Positions 6,979 to 16,141 of a stretch of DNA of 45,113 nucleotides are shown here, piece by piece (position 1 is the stretch's first letter; each line of letters starts with the position of its first letter). The notes under the pieces were generated by a model. That model was not told where the DNA came from. It did no database searches and saw only the letters and a program-made list of their open reading frames with translations. Source of the stretch: a virus (Duplodnaviria > Caudoviricetes); IMG/VR virus record IMGVR_UViG_3300025718_000011, positions 1-45,113 of that record; one strand, given 5' to 3'. The position numbers and the translations under genes were made by a program.

Positions 6979-8622
6979 TTATACGTCAGTCCATGTCTCC
7001 ACATATTGCGACGTCGCCGGCGCGACTAGCACTAGCGACTCTTTCGCGCGGGTCATGGCCACATAAAATAGTCTAATTATCGCGTCACGCTCCGGCCCAT
7101 ACTGGCTCCATTGGCTCATTGAAGATAAAGAGAGATCGGGCAAAACGTATACCACCGAAGATTCTCCCCCTTTAACCGAATGCACTGTTCCAATAGTGAT
7201 CTGTGGCGGCTTCTGTAGCAGTTCCAGCCCGCCCCTTCTATACACATCTAAAACGAATTCCATCCCCCTTGCCTTTGACGGGAGCAAGTGGTTTTCGAGC
7301 CATTGAAGGTTTTTGTCTAGAACTCCGCCAAACGCTTCGTCGAACGCACCCTCTTCAAACAGCCCCACGACCTCAGTGTCCGTCAGTGGGCGTTCTTCAT
7401 CCACAGCACGTTTCAGCATGGTCTTTGCCCCGGGGTTTAACGTGCCCTTGCTCTTGACGATATCAAAAAACTGTTCAGCCTCCACGGGTGACCACGGCCT
7501 CCCTGCTGTCATGGGTGATAAGTACGAAAGAAGCCTGTCTTTTGCTCCCACAGTCCCCCCTCTTCCTGCAAGGGGATTCCAGTCGGCGCGGGCTTTGCGG
7601 TAAGGATTGTGAAACGGCATGCCCCTTTTTCTCAGAACAGCTTTCAACGGGTCAAGCATGTAGCCGCAGGTCCCAAGGAACATCACGCTCTTACCTTGTC
7701 CCAGGTACTGTTCCGCGTCGTCTAACAGCGATTCAGCGTTCTTGTAATTCCCTTGCGGCATGAACCTGCACTCACCTTGGACTGTTGCGCCTTCGGCGTC
7801 CTTGCGTGCCACGTACTCCTTTTTCTGCCTTCCCGCCACTTGTTCAATCCACCTGTTCGCTACAACGCGCACCGTCTCTGGCACGCGGTAAGACTGCCGC
7901 AGTACACGCAGGTTATCTGCCGGTATCTCCACGCCAAGCAGGGCTTCGGGCGACGCACCACGGAACGAGTACACGCATTGGTCGTCGTCAAGGGCAAGGA
8001 TGGAGTAGTCGGTCTTCTCTTCCCACTTTCGCAGCAGGAGAAGTTCAGACGCAGAGCTGTCCTGCGCCTCGTCGACGATAAGGATTTGCGGATTGCCGGG
8101 GCACTGTTCCAAGTCTCTTAATCCAAGATCAATCAGCCCCTGAAAGTCAACGAACCCGCTGTTCCCTGCCCAGAACTCCCACTTGCAGGCGAAGCCCTCG
8201 ATCTGTGGCGACCAGAGAGCACGGTCGACGCCCCGCGCCCGCAGGAGCATGTATTCGCCGAAAAGTTTATCAGATTCAGTTCCAGTTCCGCTGTCGTCGC
8301 CGGTCAGCGGGTCGTCCACTTGCGTAGTACCGCTTGACTGCAATCTGTACTCCGGTGCAAAGTCATTCCAGTCGTCGATCTTCGTTTCTGCAATAGTGGG
8401 CCGGTTCAAGGCCCGATAACAAAGAGCGTGAAGCGTTCCAACGCGACTGTCATCGATGGGGAGATCACGGCTGACCAGCTCCGTGGCGGCGGCCTTGCTG
8501 AAGCTACAAACAACAATGGACTCGCTGCCGTGGTGCTCTACGAGAGATTGAATATTGTGTTGAAGCGCGGTCGTTTTTCCCGTCCCTGGTGGGCCAAAGA
8601 GACGATGTTCACGGGTGTTCAT
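6979..8622 (-). CDS. UvrD/SF1 DNA helicase
   Basis: GPPGTGKT, VDEAQD, DDDQCVYSFRGA, QSYR, TVHSVKGGE, YVAMTRAK. Confidence 0.92.
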   Translation of the reverse strand: MNTREHRLFGPPGTGKTTALQHNIQSLVEHHGSESIVVCSFSKAAATELVSRDLPIDDSRVGTLHALCYRALNRPTIAETKIDDWNDFAPEYRLQSSGTTQVDDPLTGDDSGTGTESDKLFGEYMLLRARGVDRALWSPQIEGFACKWEFWAGNSGFVDFQGLIDLGLRDLEQCPGNPQILIVDEAQDSSASELLLLRKWEEKTDYSILALDDDQCVYSFRGASPEALLGVEIPADNLRVLRQSYRVPETVRVVANRWIEQVAGRQKKEYVARKDAEGATVQGECRFMPQGNYKNAESLLDDAEQYLGQGKSVMFLGTCGYMLDPLKAVLRKRGMPFHNPYRKARADWNPLAGRGGTVGAKDRLLSYLSPMTAGRPWSPVEAEQFFDIVKSKGTLNPGAKTMLKRAVDEERPLTDTEVVGLFEEGAFDEAFGGVLDKNLQWLENHLLPSKARGMEFVLDVYRRGGLELLQKPPQITIGTVHSVKGGESSVVYVLPDLSLSSMSQWSQYGPERDAIIRLFYVAMTRAKESLVLVAPATSQYVETWTDV

Positions 8623-10451
8623 GCAGCTTCCTGCATAGTAAATAGCGGCCCAGTCATATCGGCTATCCGCTTTCTGGCGATCTCTGCATACTTCGCATCA
8701 ATCTCTATCCCGATGAAGTCTCGATGTTCTAATACACATGCAATGCCTGTCGTGCCAGAACCCATGAAGGGGTCAAGCACAACGCCACCTGTCGGGGTGC
8801 GGGTCAACTTGCACAAGTAACGCATGAGGGAGACGGGCTTGACGGTAGGGTGGAAGTTCTGCTTCCATGCTGTCGGTTCTTTTGGATTATGTTCACGACC
8901 GCCTATCCCGTCCCCCATTGTTGCAAGAAACTGTTTCGGTTCGTCATCCAGCCCCGCATTCCGCTCACTCGATGAAGCCTTCGACGTATAAAAGAAACGG
9001 GAAGCACCGCCGGAATCACCAAAATGAACGCCACTTTTGATGTTGCGTCCCTTGAATCGTACTGGGTTATCGTTTCCACTTTCTTGCCAGTTGCGGTCGC
9101 TGGCCACGCTTTGACTTTCCCCGCTCTGTTGGTCTAGGAGCCGTGCCGCCTCTTCATCAAGCAACAGATTGGCGGGCCAACGACCGAAATCGCGGGAGGT
9201 TGTCTCCGTTCCGCTTACGAACCCCTTAATAAACCCAGTTCTATCTGCCCTTGGTTTGCTTACGTGCAATTCCGTACTTGTTCCTATCCTTCCCCCATCA
9301 ATGTTCAATCCTGCCACGCCCCACTTCTGCGCGTTTTCGGCATAAGTTCCCTCGAGGGGCTTCATGGCAACGATGATTGGAGAGTATTCAGGTGTAAGAT
9401 TCAGTCCTTCCTCTTCCTGCTGTGAGATGAGCGCCCTTGCAGTAGCAGTCTCGGCAGCAAAACGCTGCGGGGTGCTGTTTAACTTGGCTACGACGGCGCT
9501 CAAATACCTTGCCGCAGGTAAGGCACTTTGCCACGATCCAGGTTGCGTTATCGCGGTCCTTATGATGGAGTTTGGTGTGAGCGCCGACAGACAGGAGTTC
9601 AAGGTTTTCAAGTCGATTGTCTGACTTGATTCCGTTTCTGTGGTGGACATCTTCCCATCGGCCAAGGCGTCGGCCAAGGTGCTGCTCCATGATGTGACGG
9701 TGTTCAAGCATGAAGTCATCACCGACGCGAACTGCAACGTATCCATCTGACCGCACAAACCTTCCTGTATACTGCGCTTTTCGTCGGCATTCCATTGAGC
9801 AAAAGCGCACACCGCGTCGTAGTCTGGACGGTTTGACTTGAAAAGCTTTTCCGCAGTATTCACATCTAAGAGTGACCATAGTTGCGCCTCCAAGTGGTAT
9901 AGGTTCTCTAGTATTATACCACATTCCGTTGGTGTGTCAAGGGGTTTCTGTGCCACAATGATGTCCTCGTGTGCTGGTTTCAGGGCAGTACCCCAACCTT
10001 GCCAGAGATGAGCGGCGGGGGTGGAAGGAAGATCATAACGGGGACGGCTTTCGCTTGATCCCGTATCCCAATCATCCCCGTAACCATCACGTTGAATAAT
10101 TCCGGGTTTTGTCAACATCCGTTCTGCCCCTGCCGCCTTGTCAATCGCCTTGCTGATGTCCAATGATTTCGGGAATCCGCTTCCATAGAGCCAGCACATC
10201 GTATCCCGCAGTTCCCAACCTGCATCTTCAATAGCACAAGTCAAGCGGTGATAGGTACGAGTGCCGCCAAAGGCCATCAAGATTGCCCCAGGCTTGGCAA
10301 CACGAAGGGCGGCTTGCCAGAACTCAATGCCGGGAACGCCGTGATCCCATGACTTGCCCATAAAATCTAGGCCATAGGGCGGGTCAGTAATCACGCTATC
10401 AACCGAGTTTTCTGGCAGCGTCGGCATGACAGCAAGGCAATCACCGGTCAA
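8619..10451 (-). CDS. N6-A/N4-C DNA methyltransferase carrying a 195-aa in-frame insert
   Basis: TDPPY, YGSGFPKS, GRWPAN, HPTVKP, DPFMGSGTTG; start is TTG 10451 or ATA 10463 (AAGGAG RBS fits the latter). Confidence 0.9.
   Translation of the reverse strand: MTGDCLAVMPTLPENSVDSVITDPPYGLDFMGKSWDHGVPGIEFWQAALRVAKPGAILMAFGGTRTYHRLTCAIEDAGWELRDTMCWLYGSGFPKSLDISKAIDKAAGAERMLTKPGIIQRDGYGDDWDTGSSESRPRYDLPSTPAAHLWQGWGTALKPAHEDIIVAQKPLDTPTECGIILENLYHLEAQLWSLLDVNTAEKLFKSNRPDYDAVCAFAQWNADEKRSIQEGLCGQMDTLQFASVMTSCLNTVTSWSSTLADALADGKMSTTETESSQTIDLKTLNSCLSALTPNSIIRTAITQPGSWQSALPAARYLSAVVAKLNSTPQRFAAETATARALISQQEEEGLNLTPEYSPIIVAMKPLEGTYAENAQKWGVAGLNIDGGRIGTSTELHVSKPRADRTGFIKGFVSGTETTSRDFGRWPANLLLDEEAARLLDQQSGESQSVASDRNWQESGNDNPVRFKGRNIKSGVHFGDSGGASRFFYTSKASSSERNAGLDDEPKQFLATMGDGIGGREHNPKEPTAWKQNFHPTVKPVSLMRYLCKLTRTPTGGVVLDPFMGSGTTGIACVLEHRDFIGIEIDAKYAEIARKRIADMTGPLFTMQEAA
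9388..9879 (-). CDS. Zinc-finger HNH homing endonuclease nested in an alternative frame
   Basis: CEYCGKAF..FCSMEC; EHRHIMEQHLGR, VHHRNGIKSDNRLENL; second CxxC..FCCRDC; GGAGG 7 nt before ATG 9879. Confidence 0.9.
   Translation of the reverse strand: MVTLRCEYCGKAFQVKPSRLRRGVRFCSMECRRKAQYTGRFVRSDGYVAVRVGDDFMLEHRHIMEQHLGRRLGRWEDVHHRNGIKSDNRLENLELLSVGAHTKLHHKDRDNATWIVAKCLTCGKVFERRRSQVKQHPAAFCCRDCYCKGAHLTAGRGRTESYT
9913..9940 (-). promoter_or_regulatory. Consensus sigma70 promoter for the nested HNH
   Basis: TTGACA-16-TATAAT with extended -10 TGn, at the 5' edge of the insert. Confidence 0.8.
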
Positions 10452-10459
10452 GATGGTGT

Positions 10460-10660
10460 TTATTTCTTCTCCTTCGAGCCATCGGCATTGGCAATCGTCC
10501 CCCGTATTCTCTCCTTTTCCTCTGCTGCACCTTCTGTACGGCCTCGCTCGTACTCCTTCTCGGCAGTTTCAACGATGGTATTTAGCAAGTCAGTTCCACT
10601 ACTGATGTCATCTCCCTCAATGTAGTAACCCAGTTTATTCGCGAGTTCCCGAATGGTCAT
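10460..10660 (-). CDS. Hypothetical protein
   Basis: AAGGAG RBS, start MTIREL. Confidence 0.65.
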   Translation of the reverse strand: MTIRELANKLGYYIEGDDISSGTDLLNTIVETAEKEYERGRTEGAAEEKERIRGTIANADGSKEKK

Positions 10661-10818
10661 GATTTCTCCTTTGAAGTTGCCTCTCTCGCTTCCCTTTTCC
10701 ATTTCTCTGGCCACATCTGGCGAAAGGGAAGTAGTTCACCGCAGCGCCAATTAGTATGATATTGATGAACAACCCCCTCTTCATCTTTTTCAATCACAAT
10801 GTGGTCATTGCTTGTCAT
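10657..10818 (-). CDS. Small hypothetical protein (53 aa)
   Basis: AAGGAGG RBS; MTSNDHIVIEKDEEG...; ATGA-coupled downstream. Confidence 0.55.
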   Translation of the reverse strand: MTSNDHIVIEKDEEGVVHQYHTNWRCGELLPFRQMWPEKWKREAREATSKEKS

Positions 10819-10930
10819 TGTCTGCCTCCTTTGTCATGCCCTCGCCATAAGGCGGGTCAGTGATGATAGAGTCCACGCTGTTTTCGGGAAGGGTGGGCAT
10901 GACCTGCAAACAATCGCCAGTGTAAATCAT
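10805..10930 (-). pseudogene. Truncated DNA methyltransferase N-terminus (41 aa)
   Basis: MIYTGDCLQVMPTLPENSVDSIITDPPYG, near-identical in protein to the start of 8619-10451, then diverges and stops. Confidence 0.8.
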
Positions 10931-11484
10931 CTGTTCACCTTCGGCCTGTACAGCACCTGAACTTTGACGTTGCGTCTGCGGCCCCAGTGGATTGCCTCAT
11001 ATTCCGACCACATAAACACATCAAGCTTGTTGCCCTTAATGGAGCCGCCCGTATCAACGACCTGGCATGGCCTCCCCCCGTTATACCCCGGCACAGTAAC
11101 TATGCTACCGAGGGGGAGTACGGACCAATCGGACGCGATACCTCCGACGTACACATGCTTTCCTGAGGCGGTTCTGTGCGGATTGGCATCCGTTTCGGCT
11201 ACGGATGGACTGTAGGCCGATATTTCACAGTAAATTGTTGCCACGAACACAGAACGGCGTGTAGTGACCACATCCAAGCGTAGTGCCGGAGGTGCCAGGC
11301 GGCGGGCAACCCGGAAGTTAGTAACGTCTCCGGCTGTTGCCTGACGCGGGGCCATGAGGATGACCAGCAGGGCAATCACGAGGGAAGCGACGACAGCAAT
11401 AACCAACGTCACGAACATGACATGCGAGAGATCCTGCCAGGCATAATAATCGGAACAATGCTTGCGAGCCTTCCCCCACTTCAT
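10927..11484 (-). CDS. Membrane-anchored 3D-domain (lytic transglycosylase-like) protein
   Basis: N-terminal TM helix; SAY, TASG, ASD, DTGGSIKGNKLDVF. Confidence 0.85.
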   Translation of the reverse strand: MKWGKARKHCSDYYAWQDLSHVMFVTLVIAVVASLVIALLVILMAPRQATAGDVTNFRVARRLAPPALRLDVVTTRRSVFVATIYCEISAYSPSVAETDANPHRTASGKHVYVGGIASDWSVLPLGSIVTVPGYNGGRPCQVVDTGGSIKGNKLDVFMWSEYEAIHWGRRRNVKVQVLYRPKVNR

Positions 11485-11633
11485 TTCTTTACCTTCTCTT
11501 TCTTTTCGCATTTCATCGGCATCACGGGAGTCGGCACATTCTTTGCTGTGGCACAGCAGACGCGGACACCGTTCAGGACGAGGTAAAATCGACATTCCCA
11601 GCACGCGGCGTTATTCTTTCCTTGCGCCCTCAT
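11481..11633 (-). CDS. Small Cys-rich protein (50 aa)
   Basis: MRAQGKNNAACWECRFY...; ATGA overlaps on both sides. Confidence 0.55.
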   Translation of the reverse strand: MRAQGKNNAACWECRFYLVLNGVRVCCATAKNVPTPVMPMKCEKKEKVKK

Positions 11634-12361
11634 GCCGCTTCCCTTTCTGTCTCACGGATTTCAAACTCCTGCCACTCCCGTGCGCCATCATCACCGATGT
11701 CGAACGAGTAGCACCGTTTTTCACATTGAATGATTACCGTTATGCGTTGCGTCCACGACGTGCGCTGCTCGTGGATGCGCGGCACGCAGATGTGGATTCC
11801 TTTACTGCGGCAGAACTGCCAGCGTTCAAGGAGATATTGCCACATGAGGCGCTGGTCGGCGCCTATTTTTGCGCGGACAACAATACTGTTCTCCATTTTT
11901 TTAATAAGGGCAAACCCGATAGGAAGCGGCGCGTTCCACAACCAGTCGACCTGGAACGGCGGGCGGCGGAGGGGAGACAAATTCGCCCTTCTGCAATTCA
12001 ACGGGTCTCCGTCTTTGAACAATCGCCACGTTCTTGCTGGCGAGTCCAGCAGCAGATGTGCCAAGCCAAGCACTTCGTGATCTTTTGTACGTGATAAATA
12101 GACTCCACGAGGCAAATCCCCTGGAGCGTCATATTGCCAGTATTTGTCCGTCGCTGCGTCCATTTTTTGAATATCTGCGGTATCAACTGCGACGGTAACG
12201 GGATCAGAAGAATCGTCGTATCTGTTCAGAAGCGCCACATATGCGGCGTCTCCACGTATTGTGAATTCATTGAGCACCCTGCCTCCTCCGGGAGAGTCCC
12301 GGAACGGGGGCAAGATGGCGTTACCTTGAAAATCAATACGGACTGCCCAGTCCATTGACAT
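11630..12361 (-). CDS. Degenerate HNH-like protein
   Basis: LAHLLL...FKDGDPLNCRRANL resembles HNH_3 (DHINGDxLDNRRxNL) without the catalytic His. Confidence 0.5.
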   Translation of the reverse strand: MSMDWAVRIDFQGNAILPPFRDSPGGGRVLNEFTIRGDAAYVALLNRYDDSSDPVTVAVDTADIQKMDAATDKYWQYDAPGDLPRGVYLSRTKDHEVLGLAHLLLDSPARTWRLFKDGDPLNCRRANLSPLRRPPFQVDWLWNAPLPIGFALIKKMENSIVVRAKIGADQRLMWQYLLERWQFCRSKGIHICVPRIHEQRTSWTQRITVIIQCEKRCYSFDIGDDGAREWQEFEIRETEREAA

Positions 12362-12420
12362 ATCTCACCCCCATGCTTCCTGACGACTACAGTTTGCTGG
12401 TCATGTGGAACAGACGTGCG

Positions 12421-12774
12421 TTAGGCCGCTTCGGCGACCTCTTCTTTGGCTTTTTTCACCACTTCTTCAACGGCGGCCGCTGCAGCGAGTTTGAGAAGCA
12501 GGCTAGCCGTGCTGAGCCATCGCTCCTTAAGGGGTTCATCGAGGACGCGGAACAATTGATCGGCAACCTCATTCTGAACATAGTCGAAATGAACGAGATC
12601 AGAGGCATCATCAAACTCCAGTTCTTCGCCGTCATCTGTCACAAGAATCGTTAAAATATAGGTCCAATGACCATGATCGTTGTCTACGTGATGCTCTCTC
12701 CGTGCCTTAGTGATGACAATGTTGGTGCCGTCCACACACTGAAGCGTGACGGGCGTCAAATCAATGCTCTCCAT
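12421..12774 (-). CDS. Acidic hypothetical protein
   Basis: GGAGG RBS, start MESIDL. Confidence 0.65.
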   Translation of the reverse strand: MESIDLTPVTLQCVDGTNIVITKARREHHVDNDHGHWTYILTILVTDDGEELEFDDASDLVHFDYVQNEVADQLFRVLDEPLKERWLSTASLLLKLAAAAAVEEVVKKAKEEVAEAA

Positions 12775-12949
12775 GTTGTACCTCCTCCCATGCACCATTT
12801 ACATGGCACACGGTTGTCACATCCTGCTTGCCGCTGACAACCCATACGCCAGAGAGCTTCAACAGTCCAGCCTTCAATAACTTCGCACTTTCGTACTGAA
12901 AATACTCCGTCTCGCCACTGATACGGCGGACGGGGATCGAGGACTCCAC
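12761..12949 (-). CDS. Hypothetical protein
   Basis: GTG start just after the upstream stop; fills the operon gap. Confidence 0.45.
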   Translation of the reverse strand: MESSIPVRRISGETEYFQYESAKLLKAGLLKLSGVWVVSGKQDVTTVCHVNGAWEEVQHGEH

Positions 12950-12951
12950 AG

Positions 12952-13269
12952 CTAAGACTCCCAGGTAACGCGAGCAACAACATCGCACGCCATCAGTGCA
13001 AACTCTTTGGCTTCAGCAAAAGATGCGAAACAATCTCTGCGTGAAATACTAGACAAGACTACCCACCCCTCATGTTTCGTGGGGACGGGAATGAGGTCTT
13101 TGCCAGTTGTGGCGTGATTATAGCTTAATATTCCCTCCGCCGTCCACGTTTCTGGATGGGCATCTCCAATAACGATGCCAACGATTGGATAGTCTAGACC
13201 AGAATCCACGCACAGAATCCTCACCGCCCGCCCGTCGCGAGTTTGGTACCGCTTACCCATCTCTATCAT
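12952..13269 (-). CDS. Phage hypothetical protein (YxTRDGR type)
   Basis: GKRYQTRDGRAVRILCVD pattern; AAGGAGG RBS. Confidence 0.7.
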   Translation of the reverse strand: MIEMGKRYQTRDGRAVRILCVDSGLDYPIVGIVIGDAHPETWTAEGILSYNHATTGKDLIPVPTKHEGWVVLSSISRRDCFASFAEAKEFALMACDVVARVTWES

Positions 13270-13281
13270 TCCATGCCTCCT

Positions 13282-14973
13282 TTATCCGTTCCCCGGTACA
13301 AGTTCCGGGGGAACGCACCACACGTGGCGGCCGACCGACTTGCCGGATGCCTTCATAATGAAGTGCATCTGCTTCGTCGTGCAGCCAGCGTTCGTGAGAA
13401 ACTGCGCTAGGTCCTGTAATTTAATGTCCTGATGACGCGTGTAGTAAATCCACTGCTTCAGCGACTCAAGGGCAAGGAATACCCGACCCTCTTTGTTGAT
13501 AAATGGCATCCCAAGCGTCGCTGCGTCATTCGGGTCCTCGCCGATCTTGGTTGCCAGAAGGTATTCATTGATCAAGGACTTGGTGCTGTCCTCGAACCGT
13601 CCGTCCACAATGCCTTCTGCCACTTCAGCGCTGTTGACAATCAACTGGGCAATTTTCTCCCAGTCGGGCCTTTTGAAATCAGGGAGAAGTGCTCCAATCG
13701 CCGCCATCACCTTATTCTTGAACTTCCTTTCTTCCATAATAACGTCCACGGTACCAAGGCGAAACCGCCGCGAGCCACCTACTTCCATCCAGAACATCGG
13801 GTCGGGGTCCACATCGTACTTGACAATGCGGTCCACGTGAACGCCGAGAACGGTGGAAAGGCTGTCCAATACTCGCGCCCGCGCTTCTTCGGGCGACAGA
13901 TTGAGAGCTTCCTGCGACTCCGGGGTACTCTTGGATTGATTAATCAGCTCCTCAATACTATCTGCTTTCTTCGTTTCTCTGCGCGCGCTGCTGATTGTGT
14001 TCGCATAATAGTCCTGCCGCAGCTTTAAGTCTTGACCAGAGCCGCGACGCGACATGATGATGAGGTCGGCGATTTGCTGGTCATCGAGGTTGCCGATCAC
14101 ACCGTACATCGCAAGGCTTGCATCATAGGCTGATGCCGACTGGTCGCCGCCAGACAGCGGCTTTGTTCTCTGAAATGAATCCGTGAACTTCGCCTTGAAC
14201 CGCAGTTGCAAAGCATTGAACACATCCCCGTTGAGTACCTGATTTTCGGTCAGCTTCAATGCTCCGATGCTACCCGCCTTCGTCGCCGTTGTGCGAGTCT
14301 CGGCGTGAACGTCGGCGGGGATCATTTTCGATAAGTCAAGCCAGTCGTACTGCTTTCCATTGTTCTCAATGAGGGTGACTGGCAGTACGTCGGCTTTGTC
14401 TTTGCGATTTATCGTACCGGGAATGCGGAGAATCCGCGCCAAATCCCACGTCATATCGAGTGTCCAACCATGTGCCTGCATTCCACGCAAGAGCCACCGC
14501 TGCCAACGCTCTGCGAGTTCCGATGCAGCTGCGTTGCCGGTAGGGCGGGCCATCAGAAACCGCTCGCGGAAAAGCCAGTAAACGTGAATACCGTGGCCCG
14601 TACTGACGACCAGCGACGGCTTGGGGTACGGCGAAAGGGCCGCAAGTGCTTCTTCAATGCTCCCGGGGTAATTTTCTTTCTTGTGCCCAGTTGCGCCGAC
14701 GTCGATGTCTGCCCACAGGCAGCCCATTGAAGCGACGTTTGCCGCATCACAACGGCGGGCAGCCCCCATGTCGGCGGGCGACGTGCACATGCCGGCGTAG
14801 ATGTCCTTGTCCTCATACTGCGGCAACGCAAGTGCGGTGCAAGCGGCATCCACATCGGAAAACCACGCAGAACGACGGTCGGGGAGCGTCCAAATGAGCA
14901 AGTGCTCCCCTGCGCCGGCATTACCAAACAGCGAGTCCAGATATGGGCGCGCTTGTGCCAAGTCTACTGCCAT
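13282..14973 (-). CDS. RepB/AEP-like DNA primase-replication protein
   Basis: WADID, VVSTGHGIHVYW, DLARILRIPGTIN, DQSASAYD helical domain. Confidence 0.8.
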   Translation of the reverse strand: MAVDLAQARPYLDSLFGNAGAGEHLLIWTLPDRRSAWFSDVDAACTALALPQYEDKDIYAGMCTSPADMGAARRCDAANVASMGCLWADIDVGATGHKKENYPGSIEEALAALSPYPKPSLVVSTGHGIHVYWLFRERFLMARPTGNAAASELAERWQRWLLRGMQAHGWTLDMTWDLARILRIPGTINRKDKADVLPVTLIENNGKQYDWLDLSKMIPADVHAETRTTATKAGSIGALKLTENQVLNGDVFNALQLRFKAKFTDSFQRTKPLSGGDQSASAYDASLAMYGVIGNLDDQQIADLIIMSRRGSGQDLKLRQDYYANTISSARRETKKADSIEELINQSKSTPESQEALNLSPEEARARVLDSLSTVLGVHVDRIVKYDVDPDPMFWMEVGGSRRFRLGTVDVIMEERKFKNKVMAAIGALLPDFKRPDWEKIAQLIVNSAEVAEGIVDGRFEDSTKSLINEYLLATKIGEDPNDAATLGMPFINKEGRVFLALESLKQWIYYTRHQDIKLQDLAQFLTNAGCTTKQMHFIMKASGKSVGRHVWCVPPELVPGNG

Positions 14974-15032
14974 CTCGCCTCCTCAATACGGCGAGACTTG
15001 TTTCCTCGCCGTAGCCTCATTGTTTGAAAAGG

Positions 15033-15779
15033 CTAGGCGGCTTGTTCTAGTGCTTCGTCATCCGCCGGGGCGTACGATGCAGAACGCAGAACCGGCACGA
15101 TGTTTGCCGCATACTCTGCGACGAACTTCTGCTCGTCTACCGTTAAAGTACGAACAGCCGATGGAATGATGCGAGCGTAGGGCGCTGGTCCTCCGGTCAC
15201 TTTCTCCAGAACAATGCGCGTCACCACGCCGCTCACGAGTTGCTGCGTGTTGATGAGGGAAATCATGTACTTGTGCCACGGGGCAATGCTGGACGGGGAG
15301 AGCTGAAGGAGGAAAGGGAGGATGGACGACTGCGTGAGCATGTATACGCGCTGCCCGGCCTTGCACGCCTGACCCTTCTTGCCTGCGCCCGCCGATCCAT
15401 ACTTGCTGTTCGGGCAATCGTCGCATACGCCGCCGAGCGGCCCCGCACCGAGAGCGGGGATACCAACCTTGCCCATCTCTGCCACACAGAGCGGCGGGTC
15501 GTTGGAGATCGTGCCGTTTTCTGATTGAGTAAACAAGGCGCGCGTCGCGTGCTGATAGATCACGATACCTTCAATCTCTTTCATCGGCGCGTCATCGGGC
15601 GGAACCAGCCACGTTGTGCTGCCGCCTGTGGGGATTTTGACTTTTGGAATGTCTTTTACCTGGAGCAACTCGCCGCCGAGGTTCCCCGCGATGAGGTCCT
15701 TAATGCTTTCGTTTCCGACCTTACTGATAGCATAATCCGTCAATGCCACAATCTCTGTGCCCTTGCCCTTATCTACCAT
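15033..15779 (-). CDS. Putative ssDNA-binding/recombination protein
   Basis: Position in replication module; CxxCP..G...GQACK motif; acidic C-terminus. Confidence 0.55.
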   Translation of the reverse strand: MVDKGKGTEIVALTDYAISKVGNESIKDLIAGNLGGELLQVKDIPKVKIPTGGSTTWLVPPDDAPMKEIEGIVIYQHATRALFTQSENGTISNDPPLCVAEMGKVGIPALGAGPLGGVCDDCPNSKYGSAGAGKKGQACKAGQRVYMLTQSSILPFLLQLSPSSIAPWHKYMISLINTQQLVSGVVTRIVLEKVTGGPAPYARIIPSAVRTLTVDEQKFVAEYAANIVPVLRSASYAPADDEALEQAA

Positions 15780-15823
15780 ACTCCACCTCCGTAAAAATTA
15801 CGAAGAAAGGACTCTGCCTTTCC

Positions 15824-16075
15824 TCACTTCTTCATCAATGGCGAAGCCTCTCGCCATGCTTCAACCTTCTTATCGAAATCAGGGATCATCGTGCGAAGCT
15901 GGACAAGAAACTGTCCGCTGACACGTGCCCCACCGAGCCACGAGTTCACGCTTGTCCGCGTGACGTTCAGGAGGGCAGCAAGGTCGGAACGCGAGATACC
16001 CCGCTCGTCAAGATAGATAGCGATGGGGTGCTGTGCCCTCCACGTTGCTACTTGTTTGCTGAAATTGTCAATCAT
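15824..16075 (-). CDS. Cro/XRE-type HTH regulator
   Basis: ISRSDLAALLNVTRTSVNSWLGG HTH pattern. Confidence 0.8.
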   Translation of the reverse strand: MIDNFSKQVATWRAQHPIAIYLDERGISRSDLAALLNVTRTSVNSWLGGARVSGQFLVQLRTMIPDFDKKVEAWREASPLMKK

Positions 16076-16096
16076 GTTTCCTCCTTTCCCCTTCTT

Positions 16097-16134
16097 CACT
16101 TGACAGTATACACCTTTTTACTGTGCGTCAAGTG
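16097..16134 (-). promoter_or_regulatory. Promoter/operator upstream of the HTH gene
   Basis: TTGACG-15-TATACT inside the inverted repeat CACTTGAC...GTCAAGTG. Confidence 0.5.
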
Positions 16135-16141
16135 GGGTTCT

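Larger units (their letters stand above)
9351..9983 (-). mobile_element. Overprinted HNH endonuclease cassette inside the methyltransferase gene
   Basis: Flanked by diverged copies of one motif (LKPAHEDIIVAQKPLD 9983-9936; LTPEYSPIIVAMKPLE 9398-9351), 585 nt apart; contains promoter, RBS and HNH ORF. Confidence 0.75.

Noticed and set aside
9351-9983. Intein or group I/II intron explanation for the methyltransferase insert
   Set aside because: No C-terminal HN/N followed by C/S/T and no Hint blocks; nearly all of the insert is promoter plus HNH ORF, leaving no room for a ribozyme core. Rejected by eye only.
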